Origin: Eledone cirrhosa
Lineage: Eukaryota
Reading direction: 5' to 3'
Length of the DNA: 64,000 bases
Assembly (NCBI GenBank): GCA_964016885.1
Contig: OZ024742.1
Span: 265,918,001 to 265,982,000, forward strand
Positions 30,609-42,924 of the stretch are shown here, piece by piece. Each line of letters starts with the position of its first letter. Positions within the stretch are counted from its first letter, which is position 1. A program made the translations under genes and the position numbers. The notes beneath the pieces were generated by a model, which ran no database searches, was not told the origin of the DNA, and saw only the letters and a list, made by a program, of their open reading frames with translations.

Positions 30609-30803
30609 GGGCGGTGGATTGGCAGTATCGGTAGAGGGTCGGACGCCATGCTTTCCAGCATAGTTACGTCCCTTTACGATCTGAGTTCAAATCCCGCCGA
30701 GGTTGACTTTGCCTTTCATCCTTACGGGGTCGATAAAATAAAGTACCAGTAATGCATTGGGTAATTGCTGACCTTGTGCCTAAAGTAGAAATAATTATTA
30801 TTG
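30609..30803 (+). mobile_element. SINE family B (Nin-domain-like)
   Basis: B box GAGTTCAAATCC, then GAGGTTGACTTTGCCTTTCATCCTTACGGGGTCGATAAAATAAAGTACCAG, with tail AGAAATAATTATTATT. Confidence 0.8.
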
Positions 30804-30846
<43 letters not shown>

Positions 30847-30939
30847 ATATACATAGAGAGCTGAGATAGAAAGATAGAGAGAGAGAGAGAGAGAAAGAAA
30901 GAGAGAGAGTGAGATTTCCACAGCAAATTAGCAAACCAT

Positions 30940-31650
30940 ACTCGAGGACGCGCATTTCACCCAACGGTAAAAAGTCGTTGACCTTTAAGCGATCGTCCAT
31001 GAAACTAGTAAGCCACATATGGTCACTCAGAGATGCAGACCTTGATTACTCCATTCAATGGAAAGTTCTGACCAAATCTAGGCTATATGGAAATGGGAAT
31101 TTGTCTTGTGGGTTGTGTATCGATGATCGAATGAATATCTTGCAGAAATTATATAATAGTGCTTGTCTCAATACAAGATCCCACTTTTTAATCGCTTTCC
31201 CGACGCTATGAAATACATGTTACGTAACTACAAGGACCCAGGATACATTTTATCTGGAATGAATTAACTCAAACGTAAATTCTCTCCCATCACCAGTCTA
31301 ATTTGAGTTGTCTCGCTTGTAGACGTCCATGCACAGAAACCAGTCAGCTCATATACACTTCCGTTTTCAGTACATCGCTCGAGTTGAGAATCCGTTGTGC
31401 GTCCTCGAGTATGGTTTGCTACTTTGTTATGGAACAAATTCTATAGCGAACTCATCCGAAATCTGAACTTCTCCAAGCTAATGAAACACATACCCCTCAA
31501 AAAACTAAATTTGATGTAATCAAGTTGAACTCTCCATATAGCTTCAATATAAATTCTTATATTGTCAAGAATTTCCGAAATCTAATCCAGAAATATTTCT
31601 CCTCACAACACAAATATTCAAAGTTAGCTACAGTTACATGACTAATACGG
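30940..31650 (+). pseudogene. Rearranged Naiad-type PLE fragments
   Basis: LVSHIWSLRDADLDYSIQWKVL...CGLC...LNTR matches the GIY-YIG C-terminus. NSPYSFNINSYIVKNFRNLIQKYF...HKYSK resembles the thumb/linker of 39566-41314. Confidence 0.65.
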
Positions 31651-31726
31651 GGTACATAATAACAGGTAGTGAGTATTCCAGCCCACCCAATGGGCGCCGC
31701 ATGATCGTATTGTTAAATAATTTTGG

Positions 31727-31981
31727 GTGTTTCGAATATGTTCTAACAATAGGAAGAAAGGTTACCTGAGATATGTAAATAATAGGAGTGCAGTGACATT
31801 AATATCAATTGTTCAACAACGTGTTGCTCCAGGAGCGAAAGTGGTCACGGATGAACGACGTGCATATAATGGATTCGTTGCATATAATTATCAACAACTT
31901 ACGGTTAATCATTCTCGTGACTTTATTCACATTACTGGTGCGTGTACTATCAATGTTGAAGCATTCTCTCAAAGGTATTAA
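31727..31981 (+). pseudogene. Merlin (IS1595/ISXO2-like) DDE transposase fragment
   Basis: VNNRSAVTL...VAPGAKVVTDERRAYNG...VNHSRDF...TGACTINVEAF. Confidence 0.8.
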
Positions 31982-32212
31982 AAACCATTCAATAAGATCA
32001 GTGTCAACCAGGGAGAATTAAAATACATGTATAGGCATTGAATTTCGTGAGTTTGGTTAAGTTCATACCCATGAGGGGTAGAGTAGAATCCTGACGTCTC
32101 ATACACATGCATGCTTGTGTCTATATGTAGGGTGGGTGTATACCTATTATACACACACACATAGACACACACACACACACGCACACACACATACACACAC
32201 ACACACACACAC

Positions 32213-32273
<61 letters not shown>

Positions 32274-32432
32274 ATTAATATTGTAAATATATATATATTG
32301 TAATATATATATATTGTAAATATATATATATACAATGTTAATATTGTAAATATACTCCAAATATTTGTCGAGTGCTTTTATATCAGTTATAAATATTTAC
32401 TAGTTGTAACCCAACAATTTTAAATATAACTT

Positions 32433-32498
<66 letters not shown>

Positions 32499-32796
32499 CT
32501 GTACGTCCGTGAATTCACGGGCGCACAGAATACATACAATAAACACAAAGTCGGTATACTGGAACCTTTTCATCAAAGAATTCTGTGATGTACACTTTGC
32601 ATTGGTTTGAAGTGATACACTTCAGAAACGAAAATCTTGAGAGGTCTAAGATTTCAAATAGAATTGTTTTTTATTATAAACAATTGTAGCCGTCGCTCAA
32701 GTCATCTTGTTCATATAGACAATCACGCCTTCTGAAAAATATGTTCTATGAAGAATTACAAGATGGCAAAGGTAATGCTTCGAAACCAATGCTCAA

Positions 32797-32986
32797 TGAT
32801 AATAGTTTCTTATATAGGCACAAGGCCAGCAATTTTTTTTTTGGGGGGGGGGGTCGATTAAATCGACCCCAGTGCATGACTGGTACTTTATTTTATCTAT
32901 CCCGTAAGGATGAAAGGCAAAGTTAACCTCGGTGGGATTTGAACTCAGATCATAAAGGGCCGCTGATACTGCCAATCAACCGCCCT
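32797..32986 (-). mobile_element. SINE family B
   Basis: Reverse complement of the 30609 family. Confidence 0.78.
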
Positions 32987-34436
32987 CCAAAGCTCAATGA
33001 TAATGATTGTTTAAAATCCTATCTAGGAACTATTTTAGATGATTGGGAACATCGTGTAGAATATAGAGATGGTTTTAGAGAAAGTTTTAGGGCGGGGGGG
33101 GGGAGAAAAATAGTACAACTGTAGAAGCTCAATGATTTGAAAATGTCGTATTGGTTTTGCTTCATAGAAACAAGTGTTCTGTTCGAAAAGTTGAGTTGTT
33201 CTACGTGACAATATTATTTAGTACAAGTGTGATGTTTGTGGTAGAGATGTTTTTCTCGCTGGCTGCACGACAGGCCATTTGCGTAAACGTGAATGAATCT
33301 CAAGAAAACTCTACATATCATTTACATAAATGCAACTGACCGGTATGGAAGAAAGTATTCTACTCATTAATGTGTTTATGAAGTCACGTTGGGGTTCATG
33401 AGTCGTAAGAACGACTGACATAAATATCATATACGAAATTGAGAGGAAAACTAATATGTGTGTGTGTGTCGGTGTGTGTGTGTGCGTGTGCGTGTGTGTG
33501 TGCGTGTGTGTAAGCATGCGTGCGTGTATGCCTGCGAACGCATGTGTGTAATTTATTGAAACTTGAAACTTAAAATACCTTACGATAATTGCAAAATCTT
33601 CTGAAATTGATTATTTTAAAATGTAAATATTTTGTTGTGTTTTTTTTGCTCGTTGTTACCAGGCAAATAATATGCTTGGTTAGTGAATAGATTTGTACCA
33701 TGTCATCATCCGCATGCTTTTGGTTGGGCACTTCTCTTAGAAAGTAACGAGATACAAACTACCCAAATAAAGTGGCAGCTAGTAAACCACACAGTTTGCT
33801 CCCGTATTCAATCAAGATTGTGGAACCTCTAAGCATTTAATCCATACGTTATCAAAACAGCCAAATCTTTCCTGAACACCCAAACTGCCATGTGCTATTT
33901 AGTTCCATCCGATTATATCCTCCGTTCAAAAAAGTCAACTTTGCCCAGCAACCATCTTGGAGGTGGGATCGATAAAATAAATATAAGTCAATATTGCATT
34001 GATTCCATTTACTGCAACACCCGCTCAAAGAATATGTCACTTTGTCCTAAAATTAATAATCGATATAATATATCATATGTTGATTTGGGACGAAGAGACA
34101 CACTTTTTTTTATAAAGGCGATGTCAACTCATCAGTTGATACAGTAGTTAGGGTGTCGGGTTGAATTCCTTGCGACAATTGATCCGGTTCTCTACAAATT
34201 AAGTTCAAACCACGACAAGGTCAAGTTTCTTTTTTAAACTTTCGGGGTTCAATAAACAAAATACAATCCAGAGTGTTGGTTTGGTGGAACTGTTAAATCT
34301 TCAAAAGAAGTGCTTTGCAGTGCAATCTAAGTTTTTCAATACCGCTCTTTGTCATCGAAATATGGTGACATGATAGGACTGTAGCATCAAGAAACCATTG
34401 GGATAGAGCTATAACAACATTTTACTTTATAGATTA

Positions 34437-34685
34437 CATGGCCTAGACGTTAAGGTGTCGGGCTTACGATCATGTCATAGGTTCGGTTCTTGGACCGAGT
34501 GGCATATTAAGTTCATTCGTAAAACACTTCATTCCAGGTTACTCTAATTCACTCAGCTGTAGCTGAAGGATAAGCCTGCGATGGATAAGCGTTCTATCCA
34601 TTCTTGTACTCTCAGCCGCTTATCGCCAGTAAAACCAGGATAAAGTCCGGCATGATCAGCCTCTTGGCTTTGGACAGACTTTAAC
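34437..34685 (+). mobile_element. SINE family A (diverged)
   Basis: Similar to 14127-14408 throughout. Confidence 0.7.
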
Positions 34686-35217
34686 CTCTTATTTCAGAAA
34701 CTTTGCTTTTTAACAAACAATTGTTAAATCAGCAACTGTTAACTTTCAATTCAAAGTTTGATTACCAAGAGTATTTTTTGATATTATGAAAGAAAATTAA
34801 TAGAGTCTTAGTTCTGATGTTTTTTTTTTCTTTTAAATTAATTTTTTTCTGCTGTTTCGTATCAAATTAGAACATTCTTAATATATGTCAAAATAATTCA
34901 ATTCTCCCCACCCAAACCTTTCATTTTTTAGGCTTAAAATCCTATCGTCAATAATAAGATTTTGGTTTCAGTTATATTGCAACATTAGTCAAAGTACTTT
35001 CCCGTGGTGTGTCTATCATTAGATTCAGTGGTTATGTCACTTTGTAAAGGCTTTGTGCTTAAACATGTGGTAAACATTATATAGGTTTTAATAGCTAACA
35101 CTGTTACAACTTCCTCTACACCCACTAATATTACTGTCTCAACAACGCACAAAACATCATCGTCATCCTTATTGTGATCATGATCATCATGATCCTCATC
35201 ATGTTGATGATGATGAT

Positions 35218-35612
35218 AATAATAGTTTCTACTATAGGCACAAGGCCAGCAATTTGGGCAGAGAGGAAAGTCGATTAAATCTACCCAGTACTTTATTTAT
35301 CGACCCCGTAAGGATGCTAACCTCGGCGGGATTTGAACACATACCGTAAAGGGCCGTAACTCTATACTGCAAAGCATGTTGTCCAACACTCAACCGATCT
35401 GCCAATACCCGCCCCCAAATAACAAAAATAATAATAGTTTCTACTTTAGGCACAAGGCCAGCAATTTGATGGGCAGAGGAAAGTCGATTAAGTCGACCCT
35501 AGTGCGTTACTGGTGCTTTATTTTATCGAGCTCGCACGGATGAAAGGCAAAGCTAACCTCGGCAGGATTTGAGCTCAGAACGTAAAGGGCCGTAACTCTA
35601 TGCTACATGGCA
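35218..35612 (-). mobile_element. Two adjacent SINE family B copies
   Basis: The tail ATAATAGTTTCTACT..AGGCACAAGGCCAGCAATTTG occurs at about 35219 and 35432, each followed by the family body. Confidence 0.78.
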
Positions 35613-35634
35613 TGATGAAGAAGAAGAAGAAGAA

Positions 35635-35667
<33 letters not shown>

Positions 35668-35899
35668 AAGTTTCTTATGCGTAGCCATTGGTATGTTGAC
35701 TGTGTCTAAGCAGGTTGTACAGGTCAATTATTTTGGTTTGTGTAACAACTTACACCAAGCCTTTCGGTTAAGCTGATCAAAATTCTATCTAAGTACGATT
35801 TGATGAACCGCTGTGGTCTAAATCCATATTGAGGCATTAGAGGAATCCAGTCGATACCCGTTACGGTATTAGAACTGTTTTAACAGGTATGTGTGGCTT

Positions 35900-37100
35900 G
35901 GCTTTTATAATCATTTCTCTTAACGTCTACTCATATACAATCCATACGAACGTTTAAAGAAATCCGGCCACTAAATTGCTGACAGTGCCTATATGGCCAC
36001 TTTTCTGATGGCACCAATATCCTACTCCCTTCGGGTTACTGCCAGAGCCACCGACTTTCCATCCGCATCGTCGTTTCCTCGTACTCTTCGACCATTTGTA
36101 GCATTCTGGCATGGTCCTTGTGGGACGGCACGTTGGTAATCCTGACATTTATCTCCCGCCGTCTCATATACAGTGAAATTAAAACGAACTTTTGGGACAT
36201 TCATATAGTTGTGACCATTGTCACAACATTGCTCTTGCTGCAATGGCTCTCAGTGTCTCGTATAGTTTCAATTTAGATATGTAGGCATTTGTATAAAATT
36301 GTTCGTAACGATGTTCTTTTTAACTCATTGGTGGGGGTTGTCATCACACAGTGTGTACAATACCGGTTTTTATTTTATTAAAATACTTTCTACATTTTCC
36401 TCGAGTGTATGGATTACCCATTGCCCAAACTGCTTGTGTAAAACAGCAATATTTGTAGGTTTTTCATTGTTGTTTCCGTCGTTCTGTTTTGTCTTCTTTT
36501 TCACCGGTGTTGTTCGTGTCGTTACTGCTGTTGGTGATATCGTCGTCGTTGCCGTTGCCCCCACTGCTACGGTTGCTACAGTTATTCTTGTCATAAAGCT
36601 GTCATGTCAATACGGCAGACGACATCGCTGGTAATGGCGTCAAAGTCTGATATTGCCATAGAGGTCATAACAATGGCTTTCTTCCTTCTAAAATTAAGGA
36701 ACACTTTTCTTCCTTTATATTGAAACCTGATATAGCCCCAAGGCACCTGCAAACATATTCTGCGTGGGACGCGGCAAATAGTATGCAACGTTCTCCGATA
36801 AATGTTGCTTCATGGTATGATAGGTATTTTGTATGGTATTCACTAATATCCTAAAGCATGAGTATCTTTCAGAATCCTCATTATATTTCCACATCCCCAA
36901 CCAGCATATCACCCTTATAATCAATCTTTAGAACAATCAGCTTTGTTTTCAGATAAATGTTGTATATCAAAGACCGTCATATGCTGCTTCAGTTCAGGCA
37001 CACTGTTTTTCTTCTGTTTCTTTTTATTTATTTTCCATTAAATAGACAACAAAATCATAACTCTCTGCAACTAGATTTCATTCAAATTCTGATTACGTAC
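35900..37100 (-). pseudogene. Possible heavily decayed PLE coding remnant
   Basis: A chain of short minus-strand ORFs with weak resemblance to the PLE thumb (FRRKK) and a Cys-containing linker. No intact catalytic motif. Confidence 0.25.
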
Positions 37101-38147
37101 ATGTCAAAAAACAAAATTGAGCTAACCCTAGTCCTAATTCTCATATTTCGACCCTATTGGAGCTCGTCTGTGAACAATAGACAAGAACTCGATTTATTAA
37201 AACATTATTTTTTCGCATACAGGAAGAGATACGAATACTTGTTGGCGAACCATGGTTTGTTTTACGAAATGATCTAAGAGAAAAACTACATTAAGCCAAC
37301 TGTATCAACTGACATAAATCTGTGCGCATGATATATCGTATGGTGTACATAAAAACAACCATATTAATTGAATTCAGTTGAGTTCATGTTGTCTATGATT
37401 TGTTAACGGGCTCTATTAAGGTTCAAGGCTCTTATTTCCTAATTTATTTGTAGGGGCAACGTCCTGACACGCGGCGTGTCATGGGCATTTTAAGTATGGT
37501 GGAGCCCATCCCTCTTCAGATAGGAACACAGCAGATTTCTCCTAAAGAAAGAAGCGACCTCAGCTCTGCATTGGTATTTTATTCACCGAGCTTGAACGTT
37601 TGAAATGTAAAGTTGACCTCGATAGCATTTGAACTTAGAGTGCACTTAGTCGAAACAAATACTGAAGTATTTTTGATTCGATGCTCTAATGACACTGCCA
37701 AATCATCATCTTGAGATCTCATAAGGCCGTAGCATGTCTACTGCTGTTACCGCCCGCTCATAGACAATTTTTCTTTTAAGTACGGGGAGTAATTTTTCTA
37801 AATTAATAATAAATTTATTGAAATTATCTTCCATCTTCTTCGTAAAGCACTAAGTTTCTGTATACTTTCTCGATCAAAGAGGAGAGCTTAAATTTATTCA
37901 GGTTTTTGTGTTCTTTCTCTTAATATTCTACATTTTTTCATGTAAATACAGTATATATGTAAATATATAAATTAACGAGATATCGTTTAAGGTAATCCAA
38001 GTAGAGGTTATGAGTACTCTGTGTAATTCATCGAGTGACGCAGCTTCTGGCGATCAGCGATTTTTAAATACACCGGACTAATGAAACAATTGTTAATATT
38101 TTGAATAAACCTTATTGTACAGCCGACCACGTTATTCTTCACTCATT

Positions 38148-38233
<86 letters not shown>

Positions 38234-38265
38234 AGATCAAAAGATGGTTAAAGGAGTTCAATATA

Positions 38266-38332
38266 TTTTATTATGCGCATTTCAAAAACAAACATCATCA
38301 AACAATAATATTTGTGTTTTCATCAGATAAAA
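38266..38332 (-). ncRNA. Type I hammerhead ribozyme (3' terminal-repeat copy)
   Basis: Mirror copy of 42043-42109. Confidence 0.75.
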
Positions 38333-39074
38333 CAGGAGAACATGATATGAAGGCTAAAAAAAACACTTGTTGATAGTGCAGTTTTAAATCAACATATGAA
38401 AAGTGGTTTTAGATTGATGTGTGATATTGGGAAAAATATTTTATTTAGAGAGGGGGGGAGAGAAAAGGATGAAAAGGGAAGGAGATGAGAGGGAGAGATG
38501 GGTGATAGAGAGAAAGAGATAGTTTTTATAACAGAGAGGAGATATATTTTATATAGAGGGGTTGAAAACCGTTGGAAGATACTGTATAAATTAAAAATTT
38601 TGAAAATTAACGAAGGGAGGATATGTGCGAGGAAAAAATATATTATATTTAGGGAGGGGTGGGGGTGGAAAGGATGAAAAAAAGGGGAGGAGATGAGAGT
38701 GAAGGTGGAAAGGGAGAGATGGGTGATAGAGAGAAAGAGATAGTTTTTATAACTGAGAAAAAGATATAATGTTTTAATATAGAGAGGTTGGGAACCGTTG
38801 GAAGATAATGTATAAATTAAAGGAATTTGAAAATTAACGAAGAGAAATTATGTATGGAGATAGAGAGAAAAAAATAACGAAGGGAGATTATGTATGGAGA
38901 TAGAGAGAAAAAAAATAATAATTGTGGGTGAATATTCAAAAGGAGAAATGTAGGAATTTTAAAATTAGCAAAGAGAAAAAGTTTATGTATAGGATTTGAG
39001 AAAAATAATGTGAAGTTAGAGTTTTTATATTGAATTCATATGTATTAATAATGAGTTCGTTGATGGGGAGAAAA

Positions 39075-39512
39075 AAATAATAATAAATTAAGGATGAAAT
39101 TGAGATTAAAAAGATTTATGATAGAGAGAAAAAATAATAATGATTGCGGATGAATACTCAAAATGTCAAAAACAAATGTTATTGTTTTACGAGGAGATAT
39201 AATGAGGGTGATGAGTAAACGGGTATTATAGAGTGTATAATGCCCTTTAAAGTAAGGTAGATGGGTATATTTTAAAGAATATATGAGTATATATTAAAAA
39301 AAATATATAATAATAAATTAAGGATGAAATTGAGATTAAAAAGATTTATGATAGAGGGAAAAAAAATAATAATGATTGCGGATGAATATTCAAAATGTCA
39401 AAAACAAATGTTATTGTTTTACGAGAAGATAGGATGAGGTAAATGAGTAAACGAGTACTATAGAGTGTATAATGCCCTTTAAAGTAAGGTAGATGGGTAT
39501 ATTTTAAAGAGG
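39075..39512. repeat. About 233 bp imperfect tandem duplication in the PLE 3' UTR
   Basis: TAATAATAAATTAAGGATGAAATTGAGATT...GGGTATATTTTAAAGA occurs twice. Confidence 0.85.
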
Positions 39513-39565
39513 TGTATGTATATGTGCCTTTGAGAAAAGATTCTAAATTGATAAAGAATTGAATA

Positions 39566-41376
39566 TTAACTGTATACTTTGTGAAAAGTTCTATGGAATT
39601 TATGCAGGCAGATGGAAAACAAATCCGAGCGTCTATTTATTATGGATTCTAGGTTAGAGATAATGGTAAATTTTTCATTTAGGCAGAGATTACAGATTTT
39701 AGATAGAGAACTGTTCAAGTACGAGGATGCAGAAGAAATCTTTTTCCAAAAGATGTTATATTTAATGTTTTTGTCTTTTAAGGACCATATGAGTTCTGAG
39801 AGAGCAGTGTTAGTTCTTTTAAGTTTGTATTTGAAAGATGAATGATGATTATAGAGACGAGCTTTAAAAGAGGTGGAAGTGGAGCCAAAATAGGTGAAGG
39901 AGTTGGTGCTAGTTATAATTTTACATTCATAAATTAAGTTTTTATCGAGGCAATGGTTGTTGAGAGGACATTTATTTTTAATGCGGCAGTTGCAATTAGA
40001 GAGATTATTAATGAGTGATCTAGTGTTATCTATAGAAGGAATTGGATTGGAGAAGTTGTTTGCGATAGGAATAATAGGAATAATAGTTTCTTGATTTAGA
40101 GTTGGATTATGAACATTTAGCGAAGTTGTGTTTGACGTTGCATTTGGGTTTACAGAAGTTAGCCTAGGGTTTACAATGACGTCAGGAGTACTATTATTGT
40201 TATTATGAGATTCAATATTGGAAGGAAGAGATTTAGTATTTAATATTTTGTTGTTGTGTTTAGAAATGATGTTGGAAATATTGGAGGATGTAGAATACGA
40301 AAATTTAATGGTGTGTTTGTTAAATATTTTACTATAGATATGTGAGGGAGGGAAGCATTTATTTAAGGCACTAAAAAATAATTTAGGAATATTGTTATTA
40401 ATAGAGATGGAGAAAGGAGCATTATACCAGATTATGTTTTTGTATCTAGGTCTTTTATTAAAATTATTGGAATGGTTATGATTAAATATTCTACTGTAAG
40501 TTTTCCTAGAATTTGTTTCTTTATTATATTTGATTTTATCTGGATAGCCGGCTTTAGAAAGTGCGTTATTATAGTAATTGGCGTTAGCATCAAAGATGTT
40601 TTTATTAGAAGATATGTTAGATATTCTATTTCCAATATTATTAACTATAGCATTCTTGATATTGGTAGGATGGTTAGATTTAAAGTTAACATAATTAAGA
40701 TTCTCATTGTTTTTATGGTAAGGGTAATATAGGCCAGTGTCAAGATTAAGAGATACATCCAAGAAATTAGCTAGTTTGGTACTATTATCAAATTCAATTT
40801 TTAGGTTATGTTGGTTAAAGAGATTACGTATATTGTTCTTAATAATATTAAGTTTAACTATATTGCAATTTAGGATAGTAAAGAGTCCATCGTCACGATA
40901 AATTCCACCGCGAAGTTGAGGAATTTTCCGACTCAAAGAGTTCAAAATGAAGATACCAATTAAATCAGTCAATTGGGATGAATCGGATGCTCCCATTGTG
41001 ATGTCGAAGTTGTTAGAGGTATCGGCTCTGGTCCAATATTCGTTGTTGAACTCTAGGATGGTTTTACGTGCGGTGAGGATGATGTGAAGTTCATCTGTGG
41101 TGATGTCAGAATATTTAAGTGCGAAAGATAGAGCATTATTGAGAAGTGAAGGCGAAATGGAGGAATAGTAGCTGGCAATATCGAATTGAATAAATTTTAG
41201 TTTGTTTTTATTATCCAATTTGTTGAACCAGCCAATCACTTCAGAAGTACCAAACCATAAATTTAGGTTTAAAGAAGAGCAATTAGAACTAACCTGTGGG
41301 ATAATCCTATCCAAGATGGCTTTACTAACAACCCCCAGATCAGATTTAGAGGGGGCGATTAATCTAACAGGTAGTT
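39566..41376 (-). CDS. PLE RT + GIY-YIG endonuclease (open frame, N-terminally truncated)
   Basis: PVRLIAPSKSDLG lies upstream of the listed ORF. Motifs FIQFDIASYY, ITMGASDS, IYRDDG, FLDV, CNCR...CPL...C, LIYEC...YFGST...FKARLYNH and CNLCLNEK...INRRS. Confidence 0.9.
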
Positions 41377-42042
41377 AAATCCTATACATAAACTTTTTCT
41401 CTTTGCTAATTTTAAAATTCCTACATTTCTCCTTTTGAATATTCACCCACAATTATTATTTTTTTTTCTCTCTATCTCCATACATAATCTCCCTTCGTTA
41501 TTTTTTTCTCTCTATCTCCATACATAATTTCTCTTCGTTAATTTTCAAATTCCTTTAATTTATACATTATCTTCCAACGGTTCCCAACCTCTCTATATTA
41601 AAACATTATATCTTTTTCTCAGTTATAAAAACTATCTCTTTCTCTCTATCACCCATCTCTCCCTTTCCACCTTCACTCTCATCTCCTCCCCTTTTTTTCA
41701 TCCTTTCCACCCCCACCCCTCCCTAAATATAATATATTTTTTCCTCGCACATATCCTCCCTTCGTTAATTTTCAAAATTTTTAATTTATACAGTATCTTC
41801 CAACGGTTTTCAACCCCTCTATATAAAATATATCTCCTCTCTGTTATAAAAACTATCTCTTTCTCTCTATCACCCATCTCTCCCTCTCATCTCCTTCCCT
41901 TTTCATCCTTTTCTCTCCCCCCCTCTCTAAATAAAATATTTTTCCCAATATCACACATCAATCTAAAACCACTTTTCATATGTTGATTTAAAACTGCACT
42001 ATCAACAAGTGTTTTTTTTAGCCTTCATATCATGTTCTCCTG

Positions 42043-42109
42043 TTTTATCTGATGAAAACACAAATATTATTGTTTGATGATGTTTGTTTTTGAAATGCGC
42101 ATAATAAAA
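42043..42109 (+). ncRNA. Type I hammerhead ribozyme (inverted terminal-repeat copy)
   Basis: TTTTAT-CTGATGA-AAACA[...]TGTTTTt-GAAA-TGCGCA-TA-ATAAAA. Helix I has 6 bp, helix III is the palindrome ATGCGCAT, and the site is AUA. Confidence 0.75.
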
Positions 42110-42924
42110 TATATTGAACTCCTTTAACCATCTTTTGATCTTATATTATGCATACTCCAGTCCCACAAACTGTAGAGTGCTTCTTATCCGATATCTGCAT
42201 TGCTTTATTGTACTACAATAAAACTCACCTCCTACATATATATATATATATATATTTAGAATGTGTGTGTGTGCGTGTGTATGTAAAATATTTTATTATA
42301 TCAAGATTTCGTTTTCTGAATACACCTGTTTCCCTTGGAGGAACCTTTCAGATTATCATTGGGGCCATATTAAAATGAACTCTGGTATTTTCCTAGTTCT
42401 CCTTTTTCTAGGTGTTGCGTATGTTAAAAATCTACAAATGTTAGAGGAATAATCTGTAAAAGCGGGAAGGAGGGGTGAAGAGCAAAACAAGTTAATAGAC
42501 ACTCTACACAACTTAATAGACGCTCTAACACTTGTAGATATTTAATATACGCAAAATTTAGCTTCCTATAAACTATAAATATAACATAAGTTATCTCCAT
42601 GCACGTGTAATTTTAAATTATAAAATAAGGGGTTATCCCCCTTTACACTCCTTCTACACACCTAACCACTAATAATTATTGCTCTTTTGCTGGGGAACTC
42701 TACAAAAAAAAGCAAAGAAAAATGAAGTACTAAGCAAATACCAGAGTTCATTTTAATATGGCTGAACTAATGAATTGAGAGAGTCTATTCAGATCATCCT
42801 AGTGAAAACGGGCATTCGAAAAATGTAATGTTGGATCAATAAAATATTTCATATAATACAAATCCCTCCTCGAATTGAATGTTCTACCTACTTGGATACT
42901 TACTACGAAATTTAACTACACACT

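Larger units (their letters stand above)
38226..42149 (-). mobile_element. Naiad-type Penelope-like retroelement, 5'-truncated, with about 770 bp tail-out inverted terminal repeats
   Basis: 38226-38997 is the reverse complement of 41377-42149. It has an RT-GIY-YIG ORF and a hammerhead in each repeat, and the left end abuts (TA)n. Confidence 0.92.
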
